NCBI GenBank assembly: GCA_030704615.1
Contig: CM060733.1
Location: 13,020,001-13,084,000, forward strand
Direction of reading: 5' to 3'
Source of the DNA: Takakia lepidozioides
Taxonomy: Eukaryota > Plantae > Bryophyta
DNA length: 64,000 nucleotides
Each line of letters opens with the position of its first letter. The stretch's first letter is position 1. Positions 13,315 to 26,815 of the stretch are shown piece by piece. The notes beneath the pieces are model-generated. The model saw nothing but the letters and a program-made list of their open reading frames with translations. It searched no databases and was not told where the DNA came from. A program made the translations under genes and the position numbers.

Positions 13315-14140
13315 CAGTGTTGGGCGGTTCTTGCATTTGTGAAGGAACCTTCGGTTCCGGTTCCACAATTATTTCAAGAGACGGTTCCGGATCCGGTTCC
13401 GGTTTTTTTTTATTGAGCGGGTTCCGGTCTGGTTCCGGATCCAACTTTTAAACATGGGGGCGGTTCCAGTTACCGGTTAGTTGCTGATAAAAACCATCGG
13501 TTCCGGTTAAGTTCCAGTTCTATTTAAAAATTATATTTGTTTAATTTAATTAGATTTAAAATGTTTTATCAGTCCGGTAGATTAAATAGCAGTGTATTCA
13601 CATATTTGAACTAAAATCCAACGATTTTGTTAGTTTTCACTAACACAAAAAAAACAAACAAAAATACTCTAAATAAACTGGTAGAAGAAAATGGGTAAAA
13701 TTTTAGGGTTGAAAGTACTATTCAGCTACCTGGCAAGTATTGGCATCTTCAAACATTTTATTAATGAACTTAGCCAGGATATCATGGAGCTGGAGATTGA
13801 ACCCAAGATCTCATGGCGCTTAAGCATTGAACATAGAATCTCATGGCCTTCAAGCATTGAACCCAGGATCTTAGGAGCTTGAGAGCATTAAATAAGTTTT
13901 GCCCTGGGCCCACCAGCCCCACCAAGGGGTCAAGAACCGGAACGTGTTTTTATCCCCATGCGCCCCGGTTCTCCGGTTCTCACACCCAGTAGGAACCGCC
14001 AATTCGGTTCTGCGCCGATCCCCATTGGCAGGTTCTGGTTCCGGGTCAGGTTCTATAGGAATGGGCCCGATTCCGGTCCGATTAACCTGAACCTGAACCG
14101 GCGGTTAACCTGGGTCCCGGCGGGTAACCGCCCAACACCG
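13315..14140 (-). mobile_element. Non-autonomous hAT derivative (MITE-like) of the element at 41964-49501
   Basis: TIRs CAGTGTTGGGCGGTT / AACCGCCCAACACCG with GGTTCC subterminal repeats. The first ~200 bp closely match the reverse complement of the right end of the large hAT. TSD only partly conserved (GAAGTTAC/GAAGCCTT). Confidence 0.85.
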
Positions 14141-15087
14141 GAAGCCTTCCCGGCCTCACTTGTGGTTATTTTTTCCACCTTTTGTGACATTTAATTTGAT
14201 TAAAAGGGCCATTGTTCCCCTTTCTTATTAAAAAAAAAAAAAGAAGCCATTTTTCCAGCTACCACCAATCTACAATTATGTGGCCTATCTAAAGAGCTTG
14301 GAGACCATTAAAATAGGATAACTTTACAATGATTTACTTCTACTTAACTAACTGAAACTATAATAGGTGTTTCTACAGTTTTGCCAAAATGCACTCTCTC
14401 TCCACACGAAATTCCTTATAACATAGTTGATCACCTGTATCTCACGAAACCAACTGCCGATTTTGGAAACCCCTCTTCGTCACTTTGTAATGTTAACGCC
14501 ATGCTAGCTATGAACAAAGGGGTTGTTGGATAGGGAATAAAACCCCTTGACCCACGCTGGGAACAAAGCTTGGCGGTAAGTGTCCTCCAAAACTGGGATC
14601 GTTTCAACACCTCTTCTCGAAGATGTTACAAAGATTAGAATAAAATAAATTGTACATTTAAACAGTCCAGATAATCTCACCACACAATACTAGGATCTGT
14701 ACGTGTCACTGCATCCGATTCTACTCGAGTATTAAAAGTACACTTAGCAATTCACAAAAAAGTTACATAACCATCACCACAGTATATGGCCATGAGCTGT
14801 GAGCTTGATTATAATGTTCAGATTGCTGCAGTCCTAAGGCCTGGATTTTGCCAACCACAAAGGTCTACATAGTCAACAGGATCGCTTGCTGGATCCTAAA
14901 CATTATGCCATCCGTACTAGGTTTTGGGTACTATGTATTCCAGTTGAAGGATCAATCAATCAATCAATCTACATTGAAAATCGTCATATCACCTATTTAT
15001 CACTTGCTTGACCAGACACTCAAACCCAGCATTTTTTTGGCTTTATACAGAAGATGGGAGAGAGAGGGAGAGGGAGGGTAGCAGCAG

Positions 15088-18000
15088 TCAGAAGTTCAAA
15101 CCGAGTCTCTGTAATCCATGTAGTATTGATGCACAAGTAAATTCCTCTGTAGTCACAATGTTGGGCCCCTGAGACTGTGCCACATCAGCCTTTTGGTAAT
15201 TCCTGCTGCCGCGTAGTTTCTCCTCAGACCCACCTTCCACAGCGTGTTTCAGGATTATAGTTTTATGTGTACCTGAGATCATCTCTTCATAATCGGTGTC
15301 CCCTGTCTCACCCATAATCACATACATATTGGCAACATCTAGTCCCCACCGAACAAAGAAGTACCTACGCCCAAAACCCACAACATCTGAGCATCTCCCA
15401 TCAAGACAAATTTGAACCCATCCTCTTTTATACTGATCTGCAATGTTCAGAAAGGTACTAATCCAAAAAATCTTGTACCAGTAAGTTACATTACTATATG
15501 ACAGTGTTCCCCTCAGGTTATGAACACAGCCAAAACGGATTGGAATGTGGTTATAGTTCAGGGGCAAGGCAACCTATTGAAATTTCTGCTTCCAGAGGAA
15601 CATATGAACATCTACAAAGAACCTCCCTCTCTGTTGTGCTTTTTGTTCGTTTGCAAATGTCCTGCAAGCCCTTTGAAATTCCTTGCATAGTATGTTCCAG
15701 GTAAAGTGCTTCTATGGTTCTCTCTCTCTCTCAATCGCCACAAGGCTCCGGCAAACAACGTCTAATGAGTACATTCTCTCTCTTTACAAAGCTCCATTTC
15801 TATCGAGAAACATTCTTGGTTCTCCGAGATGATAGAATCTTGCGGCCCAATTACCTTTCGGCAGCTTTATCTCCTTCTCTCCTGAGGGCATTGGGGAGGT
15901 TCAGGGTGGGCTCCCACAACCCACGGATAGAGACTGGCAGATGGGAAAACCTGCAGCGGGAGGACCGCCTATTGCACAGGGCGCAACCAGGAAATTGAAA
16001 CTGAAGAACACTTCTTCTATTGCCTTCTATATTATGAGATCTGTGGGAGATTCCACTGAGATTCCGTGGAACCCACACTGAAGTCTTTCACTATGAAGAT
16101 CAGAAATTCCTGGCAGCTTACCTGCATGAGGCACTCACCTTTAGAAATCACTCAAACAATAGTTTTTATCTCTGGCTCTGGTTTTTGTGTCCTCTCTCAT
16201 GTTTTCTTCCATTTTGTCCCATAAGCTCTATGAGCTTCCCACGGACGTTATAAAGCACCATTTCATTTCATTTCTCTTTCTTGTTTCTTTCTTTCTCTTG
16301 TCCGATAATCTCTTTGAGCTTTCCACTGAAGTACCATGTCATTTCATTTCCTCTCTGGGATGCAGCTCACACTTCAGATAGTGATCACGCCATGAACTTT
16401 CCAGATCAACAGGTTTGTGTGTTTTCTCTCTCAATATGTTGGATCAAACCCAAACAATGCAAGTACCTGAGGGCCTGTGCTCTTGAAGCCAACAAGGGCA
16501 GCACATGTAGTCTAGTTGCATTCTGGCAATATATTACATGGCACCGCAGCCCCCTCATCCGCAACCGCTGCCTTAGTTCATCAACAGGTGGAGCCTGCCC
16601 CATCCATACCAATACTCCACTGCCAATTACTCTCCTTAGACAGCAGCAAGCCCTACGTTGAGCTTCACTACTACCAGCACAATTTAGGTTTCCTGCTTGT
16701 TTGGAAGCCGTCTGCTTAAGAGTGTGAGAGACACAAGAAGAAAAATTCACTACAGGAGCACAACGTGAAGAGTTAAGAAAAAGCAAAGAAGAAATGAAAT
16801 GAACCTTCGGAAAGGAAAGGAAAAGAAAGGACGTTCTAATATCCAGTGATTTTCAGAGAGTTTATGGAGTCCATGAACTCAAAAAGCTTATGGCAGAGAG
16901 CTCAGATGTTTAACCCGAAACATGGGAACATTTACTTCTGCTTAGGGAAAAATTGGCACATGTCAGGAGAGAGTTTAGTGACATACGACAGACAGGTTGG
17001 TGACGTTGTATGCAAGGCAATGGGAGTTGCACCGGTTGTCCTCTTCCACTAAAGGACATTCTCCTTGCCTCTGCGATGCTTGTCCATCAGGTGACATCAA
17101 CCGGGGCATAGTCGTACGAAGACCTTCATAGGCCCAACGATAATCAATGTGGGATTCATAGTCAAGGTCCAAAATCAAAGTAGCTTCGGACACACATTTA
17201 GTATCCTCGCTATTCTGAGCAACTCCAGTGTAATAGAGCTCGCTGCCACTCCCACAAATTAGGGCATCGAATTCCTGAAGAGAAATCCCATTCATATTGA
17301 ACATTGACAATGTCTCCAACACACTCAGGGCAGTAGAGATGGCAAAAGCAGTCGACTGAGCACCGGACTCCCTTACAGCCTTGATAAGATCTTGAAAGAT
17401 CCTGAAAAGACCCTTACTGGGTTTCCCAGTTCGGGTATCATAGCTATCAACTGCAAACACCACCAGACTTTTCATCCTCTTCAATATCGGCACTTTGGGT
17501 TGTGGATTTCCACTACTGTGTGCCACCCCAGGATGTCCACCATGTTGAATGCACTCATTCTGGACATGGTTATTCAGTGCCTCCATCACATGCTCCATGT
17601 TTGTCTTCTGTCCACTGACGAAGTCAATGTTTTCGAAAACTTTCTCCACATTGGTTTGCTTGGTGGAAGACCCTCCGGTCAGCTTCTCTCCATCGACAGA
17701 AAGATGAAGAGAGATGTCATTAACATCACGCAGGGAATCTTCCTGAGACTTAATATCCAACTCTCCTCCATTTACTGTTGTCTGTTTCATCCAATGTGGG
17801 TGTCGCATCCGACACAATTTAATGCGGGAAAGGTAAGTGAGGCAGTGCTGAGGCCATGAGTAGAGGTGAATATTCTTCAACCCATTTCTTCGGCACTCAT
17901 TCCAGAGGATGCGGTCAGATACCAGCTTCAATAAAGCCTCTCCGATGGCTTTATGGTCATGTGGGTCGACCAGGACTCCATTGTTCAGGGCCTGCATCCT

Positions 18001-21000
18001 CATTACCAAGTTGCTTCGAGAGAGGAAGAAATGAAATGGGAAAAAAAGGAACTTTATAATGTCCCTGGGAACCTCACAGAGATTATGGGACAGAGGAAAG
18101 CATGACACGAACAAAAAGAAGTGGGGGCCCCACCATGCAGCCTAAAAACTACAATGATATTTCTAGAGAATCTCTAAGGTGGATAGCCTCATTTTGATAT
18201 GCTATCTCCGATCCCAAAATGAAACACCCTGCCAGACACTTGGGGTCCTCAAAACTGAAAGCTTATGCCACAGATTTGAGTTTCCCTAAGCAAAATTGGG
18301 ATTGGCTGTCTCTAAACAGGTGGCAGTAATGTTCCCAGATTCCATAGTAGAGAGAGGAAAAAGAAAGAAAAACTTTTTAATATTCAGAGGGCCGATGGCC
18401 AATGGGACAAGTAGAACAGGAAGAAACCACTTAAGGAAACATCAACAATCCCCAAAGACAAAGTGCCTCATGCAGGTAGAGGGAATGGGGTAGAGTTGAG
18501 GGACATACTACAATCAACATACACCAATAGGCATAATCAATTCTATCATCAGTTGCATTAATCAAACAATGGTCCTATCCCAGTAGAAGACTTCACAAAA
18601 ATGGTGGGAAGAAGGTACCCTATGAATATCAACAGGGCCTCCATTCTTTGTTGCCACCATTGGCAACCCATGCGCTGCAGCCTGCACTACAGCATGATGT
18701 CAGCCGAGAAATCTTCCTATCTAATACTAGATGTTACTTCAGCCTCACTAGCTCAATCCTGGTTTGTCTTGATTTGCTTCTGACTACCATCACATCAATG
18801 TTCTCTTTCCTTCTGGATTCAATAAGTTTCCTCCCAGTACCTCAATTAATGTGAGACCAAATGGTTCCACCAGAGCTGGGTTGATAAACACTCCCTGCAA
18901 GTTCCAAACATGATAGTTTTGAGCAGCTGTTAGATCAAAATCATCTGATACACAAAGATCATCTGACCATTCATGAAAACAGAGTCTCTGTTTCCCGGAA
19001 AGCATGATCTGACATTTTCGCTGAGAGCCCAACAGTGTGATGACAGTGTCAATTGGATGGTTAACATGTACTAGTGTCCTGTTTTGACTTAGAGGGAGTC
19101 CCGTGACGAGCAAGTACAGACAAGACAAGCAACCAATCCCATCCAACAACTTCCACCCCTTGATGAGCCCCCAGATTGAATTTACTACTAAAAACCATCA
19201 GCTGCAAAGTCTACACATAGCAAGAGTGACGACCTTGTACCTACACAGAGGTTGATATGACTACCAGACTACTATGTCCCAACAACATAATATCTATTTC
19301 ATCTAGTTCATTCCTCTGCCCAGATCATATTAATTTGTAACAAAAAATTTGACTAGAAAAAACCACGTACCTTCGTTTTAGCTGCAAGCCCGTAAATATC
19401 AGGCACATCACATTGCTTGTGGTGCTTGGGATAGGCCACTTGACCATAAAGGTCGTATTTGTCGATCAATTTCAGTGCTGTCATGAGTACCGCTCCACTG
19501 CCTCCAGACATGTCATCTATGTCATCTCTGTTCCCCATTATTAATGTCTGCAATCAAACCACCACAGCTTTGAGTTCCATTTTGATACAGAAGTTCACTG
19601 TAAGAATTCCAACTGAACTGTGTGGGAGAGAAGAAGAAGAAGCAGAAACATGATATGGAGAGAAAGCAAGAAACTTTATGATGTCCATGAAAGCTCAAAG
19701 TGCTCCTGTTCCACCCCAATATTACTATGCACTTCTGCAGAGAAATTCCCTGCAAAAGAGGCAGTAGTAGCGGCCACGGATTTTGCGGACAGTGAAAGAA
19801 GAAATGTTCCCACAGTCTCCATCTCTTGTCTGTCTTCTCCCTGCGCTGTCGAATGGTCATGCGGGCTTGGACTGGTAGCCACCTAGAGAAGGAACTTCAT
19901 AATGTCCACTGGAAGCTCAAAGAGCTTACGGGATAAAGGAATAGAGAGGGCTGGGGGTAAGGGAAAGAGGGAGTTACCAGATTGGCTAATTCACGCAGTG
20001 GACGGCACTCTCCAAATGCCCTCAACAAAGTGGTGATGTTCTTCTTTGGGTCTGGACGCGCCAGTGCCAATAACATGGGCTTGTGTGGGTTACTGAAAAA
20101 ACGCATTATCTGTTCTTCCCCATCCCAGCAGAGCACACAAATACACCCATTAAATTGCTGAGCGCTGATCTCTGTTGTACCTTAATGGCCACAAGGCTAC
20201 GGCAAACAACGTCTTATGAGTACAATCTGTTGTACCTCATCTTACAGAACATTTATGCCTACTAACACAATTTTTTGCATATCTTTGTCTAATGCTGCAT
20301 TTTTCTTCAAAGAATTGAAGGAGAGTCAGCAGGGCTCGAAAGCAAGGTTCCCTTCCACCCTTGTCTCTTTCTTCATAGAGTTTCTCTCTTTTTTTCTCTC
20401 TCACAAGAATTACTGCCATCCTCAAGATGCCATGGCTAGAACCAGGCTGCTGGACAAATACCTCATCCCAAATGGGCGGATTTGCAGAAGGTAATATAGG
20501 TGAAAGCGCAGTACCATCTGGGCCTGTGTCTAGATCACCTTCTAGAATATCGCCTGCATCTTGGTCCACCATGTTGCTGAAATCCATACCAGGAGGTATC
20601 ACCTACAACCACAACGGTGCATTCTATCATGCTGCATGATACCTCTTCCATGCATATAATCTTCCAATATCTGTTAAGTTTTTTGGCTTTTCAACATTAC
20701 TTTCTGCCTGCTCATCTGCCATTGCTGCAGCGAGAGAAATGAAATGGTACATTATAACGTCCGCGGAAAGCTCAAGACAGAGAGAGACAGAGAGAGTGGG
20801 AAGGGCCACTGACCACCATGCTAGGCATATAGCGGCCATGGGAGCTCACACAACGTCGTGCACGTGCCCTAAGTACCTTCTCCATCTTTACATCAAATCC
20901 ATCATATAAACCCCATTGCTGTTCAATCTCCTGCTTGGTACTTGTTATCACTAACTCTGCAGCATCCAATGCGAGCTCTTCAGCCTCAATACGCCGCATA

Positions 21001-24000
21001 ATTTTGTATGTTGAATTAATGTCCTCCGACTGTCGTCCCTGAACGAGTAACTGTTCCAGCTTGCTTCGACCAAGGGAATGGCCAGTGATAACCATGGGAA
21101 CGTTCAGGGCACCAGATAGTAGTGCTGCAATGTCACCAGCATCAGCATAGTGCCCATGAATCACATGGGGCCATATGAGCTCCCCACCAGAAATTTGTTC
21201 ACCCAGTGCTTTGGCCATATTGAGGATGTGTGCCAGTGCCCCATCAACAAACTCCTGGACATAGGGCCATAAAAGCTCCTTGCGAATGTATTGGTCCCTG
21301 TAAAATCTAGTACTGGTGAAAAATGATACAGAGAAAGAATGTCCTGATAAGACGTCGTTTGCTGTAGCCTTGTCCCACTACTGGAGTGAGCCTCTCACAA
21401 AGGTGGTGTATGTTCCCTCTTATTCCACCCAATCTGAGCGCACGGGGTCTATGGCCACCGCAGTACAAACAATTAGTGCGGGCTTTCCAGATTTCCTCAT
21501 AGAAATCCCTTCACACAAGCATCAATCTGCTGTGTGAGAGACCCCACGGCCAGGGCTTTAGGCTCAGCCTCGAGATTTTGAAAGTCTTCAGGCCATCCAC
21601 ACATAAGTGATTGATAATCTCCTTTTTCTCTCTTAATCAAAGTCAAAGTAGAACTACAACACCACCACTCTAAAGACTCCATACATTGCCTGGAGGAGGG
21701 CACACGGAGACACTGGGGAGAACCAGGGGAACCATGCACGTAGCCTGATTTTGTTGAGCTCATGCCCAGAATGGAAGAGACACTTCTGGATGACAAGTGA
21801 CTATACTTCAAGGAGAGGAGGGTTAGCATGACTAAGGATTACTGCTAGCATACCTGGGTCCGCAGGGGATGCGCACGATATATGCACCACTGCTTTCTCC
21901 AACTTCTTGATTGTCCTCACAGGGTCCAGATGTCAACATTTCAGTTGGTTCCCCATAGCTACAATCCACAACTGGGGAACAAATTTGTCGGGTCAAGAGA
22001 TCTACACGGTACACTTCCGGCATCATAGCCAATGCCCTTGCAAACTCCACCACATACTTCACCTGCCTCACCTCAGATTGTTACACAATGGTCAGTTTAA
22101 AGTGATAAGGAGGAGTAGTGACACTGAAGCTAAGAAAGTCCAGTCCCCTGGTTGTCTGAGTGCCATACTGTCTCACACTTCTTTCCTGGAGAAACTCACA
22201 AATTGCATCATTAAACCTTGAAACTTGGAAAGGACCATTGAGATGAAGGTATATATGTAGGCAAAAGGAGATACAACCAGAGTATCAAGTTTATCTTTTA
22301 AGGATTGAAGTAGGCTGCCATACAAGGGAATGAGAAATAATTAAATAGCAGTTCAACGTTATTACAAAGTTTAAATTATCAACCAGTTGGCATGCACTGG
22401 ACTTCAAATTCTTGTCCACAAGGCTATCAAGCAGGAAGATGTTTGTCTTGAGTAACCTGTCCACCAGTGTCTGAATCTCGGCCAAGCTCCATATTATCAC
22501 CACGCACAAGGCCATGCAAGCTGCAATCACACACTCAGACTAAAACACACTGTCCGTCCCTCGTGGTTTATAAGTAAAGAAGGGAATCTGAGTTTTGTTA
22601 GGAGAGCCCCCTTTCATGCTCCTTTGGCCAGAATCTGGATCAAAGGTTTGAGAATGTGTGAGTACTCTAACGACAGCACAAAGTCTACTGACATTGCCAA
22701 TTTGACCAATATTTTAAAAACTCACGTTGTCAATGCGATGCGAAATGCTGGTAGGTATTGACATTTTGCGGACTCACAAACAACATAATCCCTCTGACCT
22801 CTTTCCCCGTCCAAGAAACAGGGCCAGAATGTGATCAAAAGTCCACGTTGATGACAACTTAGTCAAAATGCCCTTTTACAGGCCATTAACAATCTACAAT
22901 TTGTCAAAAGGCGTAATCCTTCCATTTCATTTACCCTTTCTATGCAACAGGGTAGGAGAATTTTTTGCTGCCAGCCAGTCTCGTTGCATCCTTCTTCTTG
23001 GACAACCAATGAATAGAGTGGAAGAGAAAAAAGTTTCAAGTCATGAAACGCAAAGGTTTTATACCAGTGTAGCCCGCAGTTAGTTCTAGCATAAAACTTC
23101 GAAGTTGCAGCAGAGGACTCAAATTCCCCAATATATGGGCCTTGATGAAATATCGTCAACTTGATGGCATTTTCTTGCCTTTACAACATAAATAGAACCT
23201 CCCAGGTTCAACAACCACATAAAAGAACCTTAGTCAGAAAATACCTTATCAAAACAACATATAAATGCCGCTTCTTGGGTTGCTCTTTTGGGCCATCAGA
23301 TGCTTGGCTAACTGAAATAGCATTACTGCTATCCAATGGGGGTCCATCAAAAAAGTGGTCAGGTTTCTCCCCCTCTGACAACTCTTCAGACATGTCCTCT
23401 GTGGCATATTTGCGTCCTTGATCTCTCTCCATATGCCGCTGTGCCAGCTGCTTGGCATCCTCCCATGCAATCTGCATACAGGAAATTTAGTCTACATTAT
23501 TCCCTAAGGATGTATGTAGCCCATTGCTCCTATCAGCTCTGAGAAGATGAACTATCATCAAAATGTCCCAATTGCAAATGTGTGGATATGTCCACATCGG
23601 TCAGTAAAAGCTGAGTAAAAGCTGTCCCTGGACAAAGTTGCCAATCAATCATCCCCAGCATATGCTTTCCTGACAAGCAGCTATAGTGTTACTGCCCTTG
23701 GAGGCAAGTGTACCTCTAGCTCACGCCTAGCTATAGAACACAGGTGCAACTGACTATATTCTAACAAAACAAAAACCTGTAGTCATAATCATGTAAACCC
23801 TTATCCCTCTGCACCTCTACAGAAGTACAAACATCCGTCCTCACATAACCTGGCTCTCAGGATGCTCCAAGGCTGCGCAACCTTGGATGTGATATCTCAC
23901 TGGCATTTAGTCTATCTCCAGGAATCTGAAGTTTGTCCAGCAAACCAAAGTGTACACTGCATAATCCAAACTGCTCTGGTCTCTCTCTCACTAGTAGAGA

Positions 24001-25289
24001 TAGACAGTGAAGCATTAAGGACAAATATGACAGACCATTTTCTTCTTCCGTGTTATATGCCATATTCTCCAGCACAAATTCTCTAGCCGACCACTTCGTT
24101 CTTGTGAGCTCTTCGTAGCTGTAGCCTGTACAGTCGAGCGAAAGTCAGTTACATGTTCTGCGATAGGCACATGCATATTCTGTCACATCTATAGCATATG
24201 AGCATAAACATAACATTTTCTCCAGAGATGAAAGTAAGAAATATCTTTGAACAAAACATTGGTTTGGAGTTGCTTGCTACTCAATTGCTACATGACCCTT
24301 CCCCATGCTCACCCTCACAAGTAGGGATATGATTCCCTTTGTTGATTAAATCACTTCCAACAGAGAATACAAGGAAACGAGTAATTACGTGAAAAGAAGA
24401 GAATCTATGGAAGGATTCTACTTCCCAGCTTCAACCTGCTATCAGACACAAAATCATGCCCGTCCTATCAGCATCTTGGCATGTTTGGGCTAATTCTTGC
24501 TTCCAAGTTGAAACGGAGCTGACATATCAGCAGTCATCCAGTCGATCGAGAATTATCAGCACACGTAACTGCATGATGTGCCTAAGGACTTAAGCCATTA
24601 AGTGCGGCGAATTAATGTACGAAGAGATATATAGCATGCCCTTGGCAACTGTTTGTGTTTAGCACCAATGGTGAAGCATGGCAGATTCCAGAAAAAGACC
24701 GCTCCTGTACCAATGGTGAAACCTCGCTTGACTCCACAAGTGTACAGTGAATATAACCCCTTCGCCAAGACTCACAGCACACATCTTTTTAAAACACACA
24801 CCATGGACGATACATAATGTTTAGCGAAAAAGCTAATGTCAACAAGTCCTTTATCAGGAAGGTGTTCGCATAAAGATCGACATGGTGATTGTTAGTGTAT
24901 GTAGTTCGCGCAGCTGTTAGAAATGCACCGCGTGGTCAGAATGACGCATCTGTTATGCTGTCTCGCCTTTTCTTCTTCTCTAGTTGCAAGGAGCCAGGAA
25001 GAAATGTCAGAGAGCAGAGATCACTACAATGATGCGTGCTCCCAGACAGTCTCTCGAAACTGATTTGTCAGCATAACTTACGTGCACGTTTGTGATGCAT
25101 GGTAGTCACCTTTATCCAGGAGGAGTACAGGGCCGCTTCGTCGTGACCTACAACTTCCTCCACGAAATACTTGGCAGCAGTAGAGCCTTCCCTTCCAATT
25201 CCCTCGTCATGCATGCGGTAGTCATTTATACTTTCACCTGCGTCTAATATTGCCTCGAGGTAGCCACTGATCCATTCGTTTCCTGCCAT
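15088..25289 (-). CDS. SPS: Sucrose-phosphate synthase (GT4 glycosyltransferase plus C-terminal SPP-like HAD domain), ~14 coding exons
   Basis: Approximate exons: 25110-25289 [16 protein letters not shown]; 24036-24125 [10 protein letters not shown]; 23245-23472; 22457-22520 [21 protein letters not shown]; 21854-22062 [12 protein letters not shown]; 20815-21297 HGHYADAG; 20462-20602; 19978-20110 [13 protein letters not shown]; 19371-19547; 18842-18895 [18 protein letters not shown]; 18620-18682; 16995-17991; 16466-16594; 15088-15364. GT-AG boundaries where checked. Confidence 0.95.
15780..16275 (+). mobile_element. 3' end of a non-L1 LINE (RTEX/L2-like) in the last SPS intron
   Basis: [31 protein letters not shown] motif, followed by a terminal stem-loop (AAGCTC-TAT-GAGCTT) and a (CATTT)n tail. 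Confidence 0.75.
21345..21830 (-). mobile_element. LINE 3' fragment in an SPS intron, related to the copies at 55.2 and 61.1 kb
   Basis: Encodes LEAEPKAL...[18 protein letters not shown], matching ORFs 55389-55727 and 61086-61643. Confidence 0.7.
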
Positions 25290-26574
25290 CTTCTGAAGAA
25301 GAGAGCACACCCAGATTATGCTCTTAATTTTCCTCTCCAAGTTGGTTTCTCACGTTTCAATATAAAGCAAGAATACAAAGCAACTTTTTACTTAAATACA
25401 ACGCACATCAAGAAAGCAGCCGAAAGATATGTGACTGTAGCTGGCAAAGTTGGCCAATCAAAGTCGGCATGGGAATTGGAGAGCGGAAACAGCTTCGAGA
25501 GGAGGAAGAACAAAGACATCGGACTCCAGAGGCGACAAAGATACAAGGGAAGGGACATTAACTAAAAGATGAACAGAACACAAGACAAAAAGGGATCAAC
25601 AAGATCACGGGTGGAGAAAGCGAAAGGGCGAGCGCGCGGGGGGGGAGGGGCAAAGCGGAGGCAGATCAGATTTGGAAGGCCACCTTCGTGCTTCTGAGTG
25701 TTAAGGCGACCGCGAAATGATGGTCGGTGGTGACGCATGAATTCACAACAATTGTGAAGGCTGCTCAGGGGAGGGGAGAGAATTCAACCAAGGAACTCCG
25801 TGTATTCTGCACTTGACGGTGGAAGGAGAACCTATGACGTAAAATGGAAGAAAATTTGAAGGGAAGATGGACATGCAAAAACTTTATTGAAGCAAAACTG
25901 GACGGAGAGCGAGAACCAGAAGCGAAATTTGAGATATTGAACGGGGAGGGGAGAGAATGACTGGAGGAGAGGCTTTCATGACGATGAATACGAAGCAAGT
26001 TGCGAAAACTGTTGGGGACAAGAGTGCCGAAGTGAAAGAGAAACAATGAGGCGCCAAAGACCAAACCTGTGTGCGAGGTTTGAAAGCAGCAAGAAGAGAG
26101 GCGGAGGTTCATAGCCTCCAGGACACAATGGCCAATTTTGAGTTTCAGACGATTGTAGGCTAGCGGGACGGCTCAAGAGTAATAAAAGGGGGAGTTCGTT
26201 GAAGAGGGCCCACCATAGCTACCTCTTCTCTCACCTTCGCGATTTGTGTCGTGGTCTACCAGCGATTCTGATAATCATTTCATGGCTCTGCCACATTCCT
26301 CGTCACGTCACTAACTTATATCACACCGCCTTTCCCACTCATAACCACGCCCGGTTAGTAATGACTCTGACCTATTCCTCTCCGACTACGAAACGTGAGC
26401 CCCTAAACTTTAAAGGAATCGACCCTCGGCAGGTGCTGTTTTTCCTGCCCAAAAGAAGCAGGCTTATGCGGCAGACTATTCAGCAATAAGTGTGTTGTAT
26501 AATAATGGATTAATCCCTCGTATTTTGCATGCATGCAGAATGGCGAGTAAAGCAAAGCTCAGAACGCGATGTAA

Positions 26575-26815
26575 CAGGCCGGGCAGGCACCATTCTGCCC
26601 GGTTCAGCTTCCTGGGCCCGGCGAGAGTACCTTTCACGGGCAGAATTGACCCTGCCCGGCCCGCTCCTTGCTTCGATGGGCTTCTCTCAACAGGTCGATC
26701 GGACCAGAATTCAGGAAGTCCGCCTGAATTCAGGAACATTAGGCCAGTGATAGAAAGCTATGGGCATTCTCTGGGCGGTTTGTCACAATCATGGGAATGT
26801 CCTGCCCGCTGCCTG
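26575..26815. mobile_element. Possible MITE with CCTGCCCG/CGGGCAGG repeats
   Basis: Imperfect terminal inverted repeats CAGGCCGGGCAGG / CCTGCCCGCTGCCTG and internal copies of the motif. No clear TSD. Confidence 0.3.

Larger units (their letters stand above)
6870..14242 (+). mobile_element. 5'-truncated L1/Tx1-clade LINE (ORF2 C-terminus, 3' UTR, poly-A), interrupted by later insertions
   Basis: Post-RT motifs LSIVGRALVANQVL, RNFIW and KKKGGLG (6870-7280). Similarity resumes at ~12330 with FLW..HRILP and zf-RVT CPMCHAEPEYIEHCLTSC...LWNIWKARC. A-rich tail at ~14229-14241. Confidence 0.85.

Noticed and set aside
16219-16240. Histone mRNA 3' stem-loop
   Set aside because: It has a 3-nt loop, occurs in introns and is attached to a LINE ORF end; land-plant histone mRNAs are polyadenylated.
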